Source: PVC group bacterium (GTDB taxonomy: Bacteria > Omnitrophota > Gorgyraeia > B26-G9). From it: DNA of 64,000 nt. The stretch is from contig JAAEQR010000142.1 of NCBI GenBank assembly GCA_024231215.1, positions 36,593-100,592 on the forward strand. The letters run 5' to 3'. A program made the translations under genes and the position numbers. Shown here piece by piece: positions 18,328 to 26,546 of this stretch. Under the pieces are notes generated by a model. It searched no databases and was not told the origin of the DNA. It saw nothing but the letters and a program-made list of their open reading frames with translations. Position 1 is the stretch's first letter. Every line of letters begins with the position of its first letter.

Positions 18328-18885
18328 ATGAATATTGCTAATTGGATTTCAATTTTTAGGATAATATTGATACCATTCTTTATCAGCGCAGTTGTCTATT
18401 ATAGCCCAGATAAAGATTATCTACGATATGTCGCATTAAGTATTTTTTTATTGGCCGTGATTAGCGATGGGATTGACGGATACATCGCTCGTACTAAAAA
18501 ACTGAAAACTGTACTAGGATCTTTTTTAGATCCTATGGCGGACAAGCTTTTGCTTAGCTCTAGCTTTATAACTTTATCTTTAGCAAATAATATTCCCTTG
18601 GAAATACGGCTTCCATTGTGGGTTCCTATTTTGTTTATTTCACGTGATATAATTTTAATGTTAGGTTCCTTTTTAATACATGTTATAACCGGAAAACTAA
18701 CAATATCCCCTAGTATTTTGGGGAAACTTACAACATTATTTCAAATGGCTACAATAATATTTATTTTATTACAGCTGCCTTTTTCTTTTTGGATATGGAA
18801 CACTGCTGTTTTTTTTACAGTTGTGTCCTGTTTTGATTATATTCTTAAAGGTAATAAACAACTTAACAACAATCTACATTCTTAA
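18328..18885 (+). CDS. pgsA: CDP-alcohol phosphatidyltransferase (PgsA-like)
   Basis: SDGIDGYIAR...LGSFLDPMADK signature; multiple TM helices. Confidence 0.82.
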   Translation: MNIANWISIFRIILIPFFISAVVYYSPDKDYLRYVALSIFLLAVISDGIDGYIARTKKLKTVLGSFLDPMADKLLLSSSFITLSLANNIPLEIRLPLWVPILFISRDIILMLGSFLIHVITGKLTISPSILGKLTTLFQMATIIFILLQLPFSFWIWNTAVFFTVVSCFDYILKGNKQLNNNLHS

Positions 18886-18893
18886 TAAAAATT

Positions 18894-20219
18894 ATGGAAA
18901 AAGAAAATATAGTTGCTATAATCGGCCGACCAAATGTAGGGAAGTCTTGTTTATTTAATCGGATAGTAGGTAAGCGACAGGCTATTGTAGAATCAACGAG
19001 TGGAATTACTCGAGATCGGGTATTCTCACACGTCTCGTGGAATGAAAAAAGTTTTATGCTCGTAGATACAGGTGGGCTGCATTTTGAAGAAACCGATAGC
19101 ATAACTACTTCGGTTGTTACCCAAACTCAAAAAGCAATAACGTCAGCAGATATCGTTCTTTTTGTTGTGGACTCAAAAAGCGGGTTAGTTGCTCTGGATA
19201 TTGAACTGGCATCGTTTTTGAGAAGATTTGATAAAAAAATAATCTTGGTTATAAATAAAGTTGATAATATCTCCCGGGTTGAAGACCATAGTGAATTCTA
19301 TGAACTGGGATTTTCCGATGTCTGTTTTGTTTCAGCGTTGCATAATATCAATATTGATGAACTCTTAGATGAAGTTGTTTTACGTTTAAACCCCGAAGGT
19401 AGCGCAGCATCTGATCCGGAAGTTAAATTTAAAATTGCTTTGATTGGCCGGCCAAATGTCGGAAAATCATCATTTTTAAATGGTCTTTTAAAAGAAGAAC
19501 GGGTGATCGTTCATGATGCACCAGGAACAACAAGAGATACTATAGATACTATTTTGGAAGTAAATGGTGAAAAACTGATCTTGATTGATACTGCCGGGAT
19601 TCGAAAGGGGAGCAAAACTAAAGAAAGCATAGATGTATATTCCCGCTCAAGGACTATCCAAGCTATTAAACGATCGGATATCTGCCTTGTCCTTGTAGAT
19701 GCAAAGCAGGGGATTCTAACGGATGACCTGCATACATTTAGTTTAGTCCAAGAAGAAAAAAAATGTTGTGTTATAGCTATAAATAAGATGGACCTAGTAG
19801 ATATAAAATTAAAAGATTGTGAGCATACAATCTCTCAAAAAGCAGCGTTTATGCGTTTTGCTTTTAGCATGCTTTGTTCGGCCAAAGAATGCAAAAACCT
19901 ATATGCGGCTATTACACATGCTCAGCACGCTTGGGTTAATCGAAAACGAAAGATATCACAGAATTCACTAATGAATACTTTGAAGATGATAAATGAACAT
20001 AAAAAAAGTGTTAGTGTTCGTGGTGGGAGATTAAAACTCAATTATCTTACACAAGTCAAGGCCGGACATCCTACATTTGTACTGATCGTAAATAATCCAG
20101 ATATTGCCAGTAAGCCATTTTTAAGATACATCGAGGGTGTTTTGCGAAAAGAATATGATTTTCAGGGATCACCAATTACGATTCATGTAAGAAAGAAAGT
20201 TAGAAGAAAGCAAGAATAA
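18894..20219 (+). CDS. der: Ribosome biogenesis GTPase Der
   Basis: Two tandem GRPNVGKS G-domains with DTGG/DTAG and NKxD; KH-like C-terminus. Confidence 0.96.
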   Translation: MEKENIVAIIGRPNVGKSCLFNRIVGKRQAIVESTSGITRDRVFSHVSWNEKSFMLVDTGGLHFEETDSITTSVVTQTQKAITSADIVLFVVDSKSGLVALDIELASFLRRFDKKIILVINKVDNISRVEDHSEFYELGFSDVCFVSALHNINIDELLDEVVLRLNPEGSAASDPEVKFKIALIGRPNVGKSSFLNGLLKEERVIVHDAPGTTRDTIDTILEVNGEKLILIDTAGIRKGSKTKESIDVYSRSRTIQAIKRSDICLVLVDAKQGILTDDLHTFSLVQEEKKCCVIAINKMDLVDIKLKDCEHTISQKAAFMRFAFSMLCSAKECKNLYAAITHAQHAWVNRKRKISQNSLMNTLKMINEHKKSVSVRGGRLKLNYLTQVKAGHPTFVLIVNNPDIASKPFLRYIEGVLRKEYDFQGSPITIHVRKKVRRKQE

Positions 20220-20231
20220 AAGGATTAACTA

Positions 20232-20843
20232 ATGATAAAATTACTGACCGGTATAATTTTTAGTTATTTATGCGGCGCTATTCCCGCTGCATATATTGCC
20301 GCAAAGTTCTTAAAAGGCGTTGATATTCGGGAATATGGTAGCGGAAATGTAGGAGCTACCAACGCATTGCGTACTTTGGGAAAATTACCCGGGATACTGG
20401 TACTACTTTTTGATATCTTAAAAGGAGTTTTTGCCGTAACAATCTTAAGCCGAATTTTCATGCCGGAAAGCGGTTTCTCCATAGAACTGGTAAAAGCTGT
20501 TTTGGGTGTCAGTGTGGTTTCAGGACATGTATTTAATGTCTTTCTGAGGATGAAAGGCGGTAAAGGGGTTGCAACAAGTGCTGGTGTTTTGCTCGGCTTA
20601 GCTCCAACCTCAATCCTTATGGGAGCAATCATATTTTTTATAACAGTTGGGGTAACCAGATATGTTTCTTTGGGATCTATACTTTCAAGCATAGGTATAC
20701 CCTTTTATATGTTTTTATCCGGGGAGCATTACAGTTATGTCATTGCAAGTGCCTTATTATGTATTCTTATTGTTGCCAAGCATAAATCGAATATAAAAAG
20801 ATTAATAACCCGAAGTGAACGAAAGGTTTTTAATAAAAAATGA
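20232..20843 (+). CDS. plsY: Glycerol-3-phosphate acyltransferase
   Basis: DIREYGSGNVGATN, DILKG, GH..., KGGKGVAT, HKSNIKRL. Confidence 0.96.
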   Translation: MIKLLTGIIFSYLCGAIPAAYIAAKFLKGVDIREYGSGNVGATNALRTLGKLPGILVLLFDILKGVFAVTILSRIFMPESGFSIELVKAVLGVSVVSGHVFNVFLRMKGGKGVATSAGVLLGLAPTSILMGAIIFFITVGVTRYVSLGSILSSIGIPFYMFLSGEHYSYVIASALLCILIVAKHKSNIKRLITRSERKVFNKK

Positions 20844-21829
20844 ATATATCAATAATCGGTGACGGAGGTTGGGGAACAGCACTTGCTTTACTTTTGACAC
20901 GCAAAGGGTTTAAAGTAATGGTATGGGGAGCGTTCCCTGAGTATACAAATCTTTTAACCAAAAAAAGAGAAAATGTGAAATTTTTACCCGGCATAAAAAT
21001 TCCTAAACAAGTATTGTTTACCAATGATTTGAAACTTGTTTTGAATAAACCTAATCTTGTTATCCTAGCTGTTCCTTCTAAATATTTAAAAAATGTTTTA
21101 AAAAAAATAAAACGTTTTAAAATAGCTAAATTTGATTTTTTGACTGTTGTTAAAGGCATTGATGAGACAACTAAGCTGCGTATGTCGCAAATTATACGAC
21201 AAGAATTAGGCAATGTTTCCTTAGCTGTACTATCCGGACCTAATATTGCAACAGAGGTTGCTCGGGGAATTCCTTCTGCTTCGGTCTGTAGTTCTAGAAA
21301 TAAACGGTTATCTGCTAAAGTACAGGATATTTTTATGTCTAAGTTCTTTCGTGTTTATACTAATACTGATGTTGCCGGAGTAGAATTAGGGGGAGCTTTG
21401 AAAAATATCATTGCTATTGCCTGTGGAATTTCCGACGGGTTAGGATTCGGCACCAATACTAAAGCGGCATTACTAACGCGGGGGCTTGCTGAAATTTCTC
21501 GGTTAGGAGTCTCTATGGGGGCGAAATCTTCGACCTTTAGCGGACTCTCAGGAATGGGCGATTTAGTAACGACCTGTCTGAGTCAAAAAAGTCGCAATCG
21601 CTGGCTGGGAGAAGAATTAGGAAAGGGAAGAAAACTAAAAACAATACTCAAACAAACAGAGATGGTTGTAGAGGGGGTAACTACAACAAAATCCGCGCTC
21701 AAAACAGCGAAACATTATAAGGTTGAGATGCCTATAACCAGAGAGGTATATAAAGTCCTTTTTCAGGGTAAAGATCCACGTACTGCAGTTCAATCGTTAA
21801 TGGTTAGAAAAAAAAGACAAGAAGGATAA
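20840..21829 (+). CDS. gpsA: NAD(P)H-dependent glycerol-3-phosphate dehydrogenase
   Basis: GDGGWGTALA, LSGPNIATE, GGALKNIIAI, GLSGMGDLVTTC, SRNR. Confidence 0.96.
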   Translation: MNISIIGDGGWGTALALLLTRKGFKVMVWGAFPEYTNLLTKKRENVKFLPGIKIPKQVLFTNDLKLVLNKPNLVILAVPSKYLKNVLKKIKRFKIAKFDFLTVVKGIDETTKLRMSQIIRQELGNVSLAVLSGPNIATEVARGIPSASVCSSRNKRLSAKVQDIFMSKFFRVYTNTDVAGVELGGALKNIIAIACGISDGLGFGTNTKAALLTRGLAEISRLGVSMGAKSSTFSGLSGMGDLVTTCLSQKSRNRWLGEELGKGRKLKTILKQTEMVVEGVTTTKSALKTAKHYKVEMPITREVYKVLFQGKDPRTAVQSLMVRKKRQEG

Positions 21830-21905
21830 TCGGGTTATTTCACTTGAAATTAAATGGATTTTATTATAACCTATAGTAGATTATTAGAGATATACATATT
21901 TATAT

Positions 21906-21983
21906 CGGGGCGTGGCGCAGTTTGGCTAGCGCGCTTGAATGGGGTTCAAGAGGTCGGTGGTTCAAGTCCACTCGCCCCGACCA
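21906..21983 (+). tRNA. tRNA-Pro(GGG)
   Basis: CGGGGCG acceptor pairs with CGCCCCG-A-CCA; anticodon stem CTTGA/TCAAG with loop ATGGGGT (anticodon GGG); T-loop GGTTCAAGTCC. Confidence 0.96.
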
Positions 21984-22021
21984 TTTTAATATAATTGTAG
22001 CTATACAGATAGGAATTGATT

Positions 22022-22474
22022 ATGGACGAAAATATACATTATCATCCTAAGGGAGAAGATACGGGAGAACGACGCAAGTTTTTACGTATCAACGCTAATT
22101 TTGTGGTTAGCTATCATGAACATCCGGGAAAAGTCAACAATACTGATATGACCTTAACTCGCAATATTAGTTTAGGCGGGATTTGTTTTACAAGTGACAA
22201 AGACTTTGAACTCGGGGCTATTTTAAAGATCATTTTGCGTTTGCCAAAAGTAACAAAACAAATAGAATTCTTAGGAGCAGTAGTTTCTACTAAGCAAGAA
22301 AATGGTAAAAATTCCATATTTGACATCGGGGTGAAATTTGTGGAAGCAGAGGAAGAAGACCTTTATATTTTGCAAAACATACTTAAAGAATGTGCTTCTT
22401 CTGGTAATAAAAATAATTTAATTATAAGTATAGAAGAAAAATCAGAAAAAGAAAAAAAAGATGAAGATAGTTAA
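22022..22474 (+). CDS. PilZ domain c-di-GMP-binding protein
   Basis: ERRKFLR (RxxxR) and NISLGG (D/NxSxxG) motifs; IGVKF strand. ATG 22022 preferred. Confidence 0.85.
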   Translation: MDENIHYHPKGEDTGERRKFLRINANFVVSYHEHPGKVNNTDMTLTRNISLGGICFTSDKDFELGAILKIILRLPKVTKQIEFLGAVVSTKQENGKNSIFDIGVKFVEAEEEDLYILQNILKECASSGNKNNLIISIEEKSEKEKKDEDS

Positions 22475-23756
22475 TATTGGATTAATTGGTTTTGGGACTA
22501 TTGGGGCTGGAGTGGTAAAAGTATTAAAAAAGAAAACAACCACTTTACAAAAAAAGCGGGGCATAAAATTACAGTTGAAGTATGTCTGTGATCAGGACAT
22601 TTCAACTTCACGTGGGATCAGTGTAGATAAAAAAATATTAACCACTGATGTTGAAAAGGTGTTAAATGATCCGAATATAGATATTGTAATTGAATTAATC
22701 GGCGGCATTCATCCAGCCAAAGAGTTTATCCTAAAAGCAATAAAAAACAAAAAACATGTGGTTACTGCAAATAAAGCTCTCTTAGCAGAACATGGAGGGG
22801 AAATATTCGATGCCGCAGCTAAAAACAATGTAGAGATCTATTTCGAAGCAAGTGTAGGTGGAGCAATCCCCATAATAAAATCTCTAAGAGAAGGATTAGT
22901 AGCTAATCAAGTACAAAATATTTTTGGTATTATTAACGGCACTTCAAATTATATCCTCTCTCAAATGTCGTTGAAAGGCTGTGATTTTAAAACCGCACTT
23001 AGGGAAGCTCAGGATAGAGGATATGCTGAAAAAGACCCGCGTTTAGATATTAACGGAATGGATTCAGCCCATAAAATAGCGATTTTAACAAAACTCTGTT
23101 TTAGTAAAAAAGTTGATTTTAAAAACATCTATGTTGAAGGAATTGATGAAGTTGGCCTTCAAGATATAAAATATGCAGATGACTTAGGCTATTGCATTAA
23201 ACTCCTGGCTATTGCCAAAAAATCAGGTGATGAATTTGAAATTCGGGTACATCCAACTCTTCTGCCTAAAAAACATTTATTATCAAGCGTTAACGGAGTA
23301 TTTAATGCCATATTCATTAATAGTGATTTTGCCGGAGATATGCTTTTATACGGGCAAGGCGCAGGACAACTTCCTACCGCAAGTGCGGTTGTCAGTGATT
23401 TACTTGAAATTGCTAATAAAATCGATAATCCTAATTCAATAAGTTTTTCAAATATGGATAGGGAAGTACCTTTGAGAAAAATGCGATCTATAGACAATGT
23501 AGAAACTCGTTATTATCTTAGATTTTCCGCACTTGATGAACCTGGTGTTTTATCTAAAATAGCTCAAATCTTAGGAAAACAAAATATTAGCATATACAGT
23601 GTTATTCAAAAAGGCCGACGACAGGCTCAAGCAGTATCAATAGTAATGATGATTCATGAAGCAAAAGAAAAGAATCTTCGCAGGGCTTTAGCCCAACTTG
23701 ATAAGCTGCCAATAATAAAAAGAAAAACCATCGCAATCCGTGTAGAAAGAGGCTAG
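22461..23756 (+). CDS. hom: Homoserine dehydrogenase with C-terminal ACT domain
   Basis: GFGTIGAG, VVTANKA, EASVGGAIP, GIINGTSNYIL, GAGQLPTASAV, ACT DEPGVL. Confidence 0.96.
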   Translation: MKIVNIGLIGFGTIGAGVVKVLKKKTTTLQKKRGIKLQLKYVCDQDISTSRGISVDKKILTTDVEKVLNDPNIDIVIELIGGIHPAKEFILKAIKNKKHVVTANKALLAEHGGEIFDAAAKNNVEIYFEASVGGAIPIIKSLREGLVANQVQNIFGIINGTSNYILSQMSLKGCDFKTALREAQDRGYAEKDPRLDINGMDSAHKIAILTKLCFSKKVDFKNIYVEGIDEVGLQDIKYADDLGYCIKLLAIAKKSGDEFEIRVHPTLLPKKHLLSSVNGVFNAIFINSDFAGDMLLYGQGAGQLPTASAVVSDLLEIANKIDNPNSISFSNMDREVPLRKMRSIDNVETRYYLRFSALDEPGVLSKIAQILGKQNISIYSVIQKGRRQAQAVSIVMMIHEAKEKNLRRALAQLDKLPIIKRKTIAIRVERG

Positions 23757-23763
23757 AGAGAAT

Positions 23764-24828
23764 ATGAAGTGGCAGGGATTAATTAATAAATATAAAGAAT
23801 ATTTACCGGTTAGCAACAAAACACCGATTGTAAGTTTAAACGAAGGAAATACCCCGCTAATTTTCGCTCCGCATATAAGCAGTCTTATCGGTGAAAAAAT
23901 TAAAGTTTTTCTAAAATACGAAGGTTTGAATCCCACTGGATCTTTTAAAGACAGAGGGATGACCATGGCAATTTCTAAGGCATTAGAAGATGGTGCACAT
24001 GCGGTAATGTGTGCATCGACCGGAAATACTTCTGCATCTGCTGCTGCATATAGCGCGCGTGCCGGACTCAAATGCATAGTTTTAATTCCCAAGGGAGCAA
24101 TTGCTCTGGGAAAGTTAGCACAAGCACTTATCCATAAAGCTCATGTAATTGCTATTGACGGTAATTTTGACGATGCCTTGACCTTGGTAAAAGAAATAAC
24201 CAATAAATATCCTGTAACATTAGTCAATTCACTAAACCCCTATCGTATTGAAGGACAAACAACCGGGGCATATGAGGTCTGTGATCAATTAGGCAGCCCT
24301 CCTGATATTCTATCTATCCCGGTAGGGAATGCCGGAAACATTACTGCTTATTGGAAAGGGTTTAAACGTTATCAGGAGGCTGGAAAAATAGAATCATTGC
24401 CTAAAATGTTAGGTTTTCAGGCCGCAGGAGCCGCGCCGATTGTTAATAAGAAAATAATCGAAGATCCTAAAACTATTGCCACGGCCATAAAAATAGGTAA
24501 TCCTGCTAGCTGGCAATCTGCTGAAGCTGCGCGTGATGAATCTAACGGGCTAATTGATTCAGTAACAGATGAAGAAATTTTAAACGCTTACAAAATACTT
24601 TCAAGCAAAGAAGGCGTATTTGTAGAACCAGCATCTGCGGCTTCTGTGGCGGGAATATTAAAGCTTGCCCAAAACAATTACTTCACTGAAAATGACGAAT
24701 ATAATATTGTTTGCGTACTTACCGGGCACGGATTAAAAGATCCTGACCGGGCGATTAAAAGTATTGAGGAACCGGTAATCATTCCGGCTAAAGTCGAATC
24801 GGTATTAAAGGAAATAGGTTTTGAATAA
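23764..24828 (+). CDS. thrC: Threonine synthase
   Basis: EGLNPTGSFKDRG, CASTGNTSAS, PVGNAGN, TGHGLKD. Confidence 0.96.
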   Translation: MKWQGLINKYKEYLPVSNKTPIVSLNEGNTPLIFAPHISSLIGEKIKVFLKYEGLNPTGSFKDRGMTMAISKALEDGAHAVMCASTGNTSASAAAYSARAGLKCIVLIPKGAIALGKLAQALIHKAHVIAIDGNFDDALTLVKEITNKYPVTLVNSLNPYRIEGQTTGAYEVCDQLGSPPDILSIPVGNAGNITAYWKGFKRYQEAGKIESLPKMLGFQAAGAAPIVNKKIIEDPKTIATAIKIGNPASWQSAEAARDESNGLIDSVTDEEILNAYKILSSKEGVFVEPASAASVAGILKLAQNNYFTENDEYNIVCVLTGHGLKDPDRAIKSIEEPVIIPAKVESVLKEIGFE

Positions 24829-24830
24829 CC

Positions 24831-26048
24831 ATGAAAAAAGCTGCAAAGAAATTCATAGTATTGGTAGCCGACGGGATGGCTGACTATCCTTTAGATGAGC
24901 TTGGAAATAGAACCCCATTAGAAGTTGCCAGAACTCCAAACATGGACTATCTGGCGAAAAACGGAAAAATTGGACAGGCCCAGTTTGTTCCAGAAGGGAT
25001 GGTTCCCGGAAGTGATGTTGCAAACTTATCTATATTTGGCTATGATCCCAAACAATATTATTGTGGACGAGGGCCTTTGGAAGCCACAAATTTAGGTGTC
25101 CATTTAAACGAAGATGAAGTAGCCTTCCGCTGTAACTTTATTACAATTGAAAATGATATCTTGGTTGATTATAGTGCCGGACATATCTCGACAAAAGAAG
25201 CCACGGTTTTAATTAAGTTCCTTAACAGCAAATTATCTGACCAAATCATTCGTTTTCACCCGGGTATTAGCTATCGACATCTAATGATCATAAAAGGAAA
25301 CATCAAAGAATTGATGAATCTTTCCTGTGTTCCACCACATAATATCATGGGTAAAAAATTTTCCGAGCATTTACCAAAAGGTTCAGGTAATCAGCCTATC
25401 TTAGATATCATGAAAAAATCACAAGAAATATTGTGTCTTCACGATATCAATCAAGTACGCATAGACTTAAAAGAAAACCCAGCTAACATGATCTGGCTTT
25501 GGGGGCAAGGGAAAAAAATAGATTTTCCTTCTTTTAAAGAAAAGTATGGGCTTTCCGGATCGGTAATTTCTGCGGTTGATTTAATAAAAGGCATTGGCCG
25601 CTCTTTTGGATTAGATGCCATAAACGTACCCGGAGCAACGGGATATTATGATACTAATTATGAGGGCAAAGCAGAACATGCTGTAAAAAGTTTAGAAAAA
25701 AAAGATTTTGTATTTGTACACGTTGAAGCTCCGGATGAAGCTGGCCACAATGGAGATGTTAGAGCAAAAATCTCATCCATTGAAAACTTTGATCGATATG
25801 TAGTAGGAACGGTCTTATCAGCTTTTAAAGATACCCCCAACACTCGTATTCTAATTTCGCCGGATCACCCAACCCCGGTTGCTTTAAAAACGCACACTTC
25901 AGATCCTGTTTGTTTCTTAATGTATGGACAGGGAATTCAAAAAGATGAATTCGAAATCTATAACGAAACCACAGCAAAAAACAGTCAGATAATCTTCCAA
26001 AAAGGACATGAATTAATGGATATGTTTATCAAAGACGAAAATATCTAG
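24831..26048 (+). CDS. apgM: Cofactor-independent phosphoglycerate mutase-like protein (ApgM; proposed homoserine kinase family)
   Basis: DGMAD, PGSDVANL, GRGPLEA, HVEAPDEAGH, PDHPTP..KTH; follows hom-thrC. Confidence 0.85.
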   Translation: MKKAAKKFIVLVADGMADYPLDELGNRTPLEVARTPNMDYLAKNGKIGQAQFVPEGMVPGSDVANLSIFGYDPKQYYCGRGPLEATNLGVHLNEDEVAFRCNFITIENDILVDYSAGHISTKEATVLIKFLNSKLSDQIIRFHPGISYRHLMIIKGNIKELMNLSCVPPHNIMGKKFSEHLPKGSGNQPILDIMKKSQEILCLHDINQVRIDLKENPANMIWLWGQGKKIDFPSFKEKYGLSGSVISAVDLIKGIGRSFGLDAINVPGATGYYDTNYEGKAEHAVKSLEKKDFVFVHVEAPDEAGHNGDVRAKISSIENFDRYVVGTVLSAFKDTPNTRILISPDHPTPVALKTHTSDPVCFLMYGQGIQKDEFEIYNETTAKNSQIIFQKGHELMDMFIKDENI

Positions 26049-26146
26049 ATTCTTTTAAATCTGTCATAACTTCACGCAAATACACAACTAATTGGAAACA
26101 AATGCCTTACAAGTCAGTAGCACGTAATGTTTTTCCATACCTCGAC

Positions 26147-26175
26147 TTGACACACTAAAAAGGATATGATATACT
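26147..26175 (+). promoter_or_regulatory. Sigma70 promoter upstream of the riboswitch
   Basis: TTGACA-17bp-TATACT with extended -10 TG. Confidence 0.7.
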
Positions 26176-26229
26176 TATTATAGGATTTAAAAAACATTTT
26201 AATTTGTTGCGGATAAATTAGTATTATTT

Positions 26230-26352
26230 GTATCCGAAAAGGCAAACCCTGAGAAATCAGGGGGCGCAAAGCTACGGGTCTGTTAGCAGATGCTATGATC
26301 GCCGGGCGCACCGATAACGTTCTAGCAAGCTTATGATAGCCGAGCTGCCGAA
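26230..26352 (+). ncRNA. c-di-GMP-I (GEMM) riboswitch
   Basis: AAAGGCAAACCCTGA-GAAA-TCAGGGGGCGCAAAGCTACGGGTCT...TATGATAGCCGAGCTGCCGAA matches the GEMM consensus (GGCAAA, GNRA-capped stem, GCGCAAAGC, 3' GCCGAA). Confidence 0.88.
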
Positions 26353-26376
26353 GTATACGCAGTTGCGGCTTTTTTT
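26338..26376 (+). terminator. Riboswitch expression-platform terminator
   Basis: AGCCGAGCTGC (26338-26348) pairs with GCAGTTGCGGCT (26359-26370), followed by a T run; overlaps the aptamer 3' strand. Confidence 0.7.
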
Positions 26377-26420
26377 ATTCTAAACCTAATATATAAGGAA
26401 GGGAGGTGATAAGCATAGCC

Positions 26421-26546
26421 ATGAAAAAAATTCAAAAAAGGGATACACACATTATATTATTTATATTTTCTATATTATTATCTGAAACATCTATATTTTC
26501 TTTAACATATTATCTATTTATATATCAAATCAGGAGGCTAATATGA
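26421..26546 (+). CDS. Putative 41-aa hydrophobic leader peptide
   Basis: GGAGGTGA SD at 26402; MKKIQKRDTHIILFIFSILLSETSIFSLTYYLFIYQIRRLI*; the stop overlaps the giant gene start (ATGA). Confidence 0.4.
   Translation: MKKIQKRDTHIILFIFSILLSETSIFSLTYYLFIYQIRRLI

Noticed and set aside
21906-22021. tRNA-Pro as an island integration site
   Set aside because: No integrase and no duplicated tRNA 3' end (att repeat) noticed downstream.
26114-26311. 65-aa minus-strand ORF
   Set aside because: It overlaps the promoter and riboswitch on the opposite strand, which explain the sequence better.
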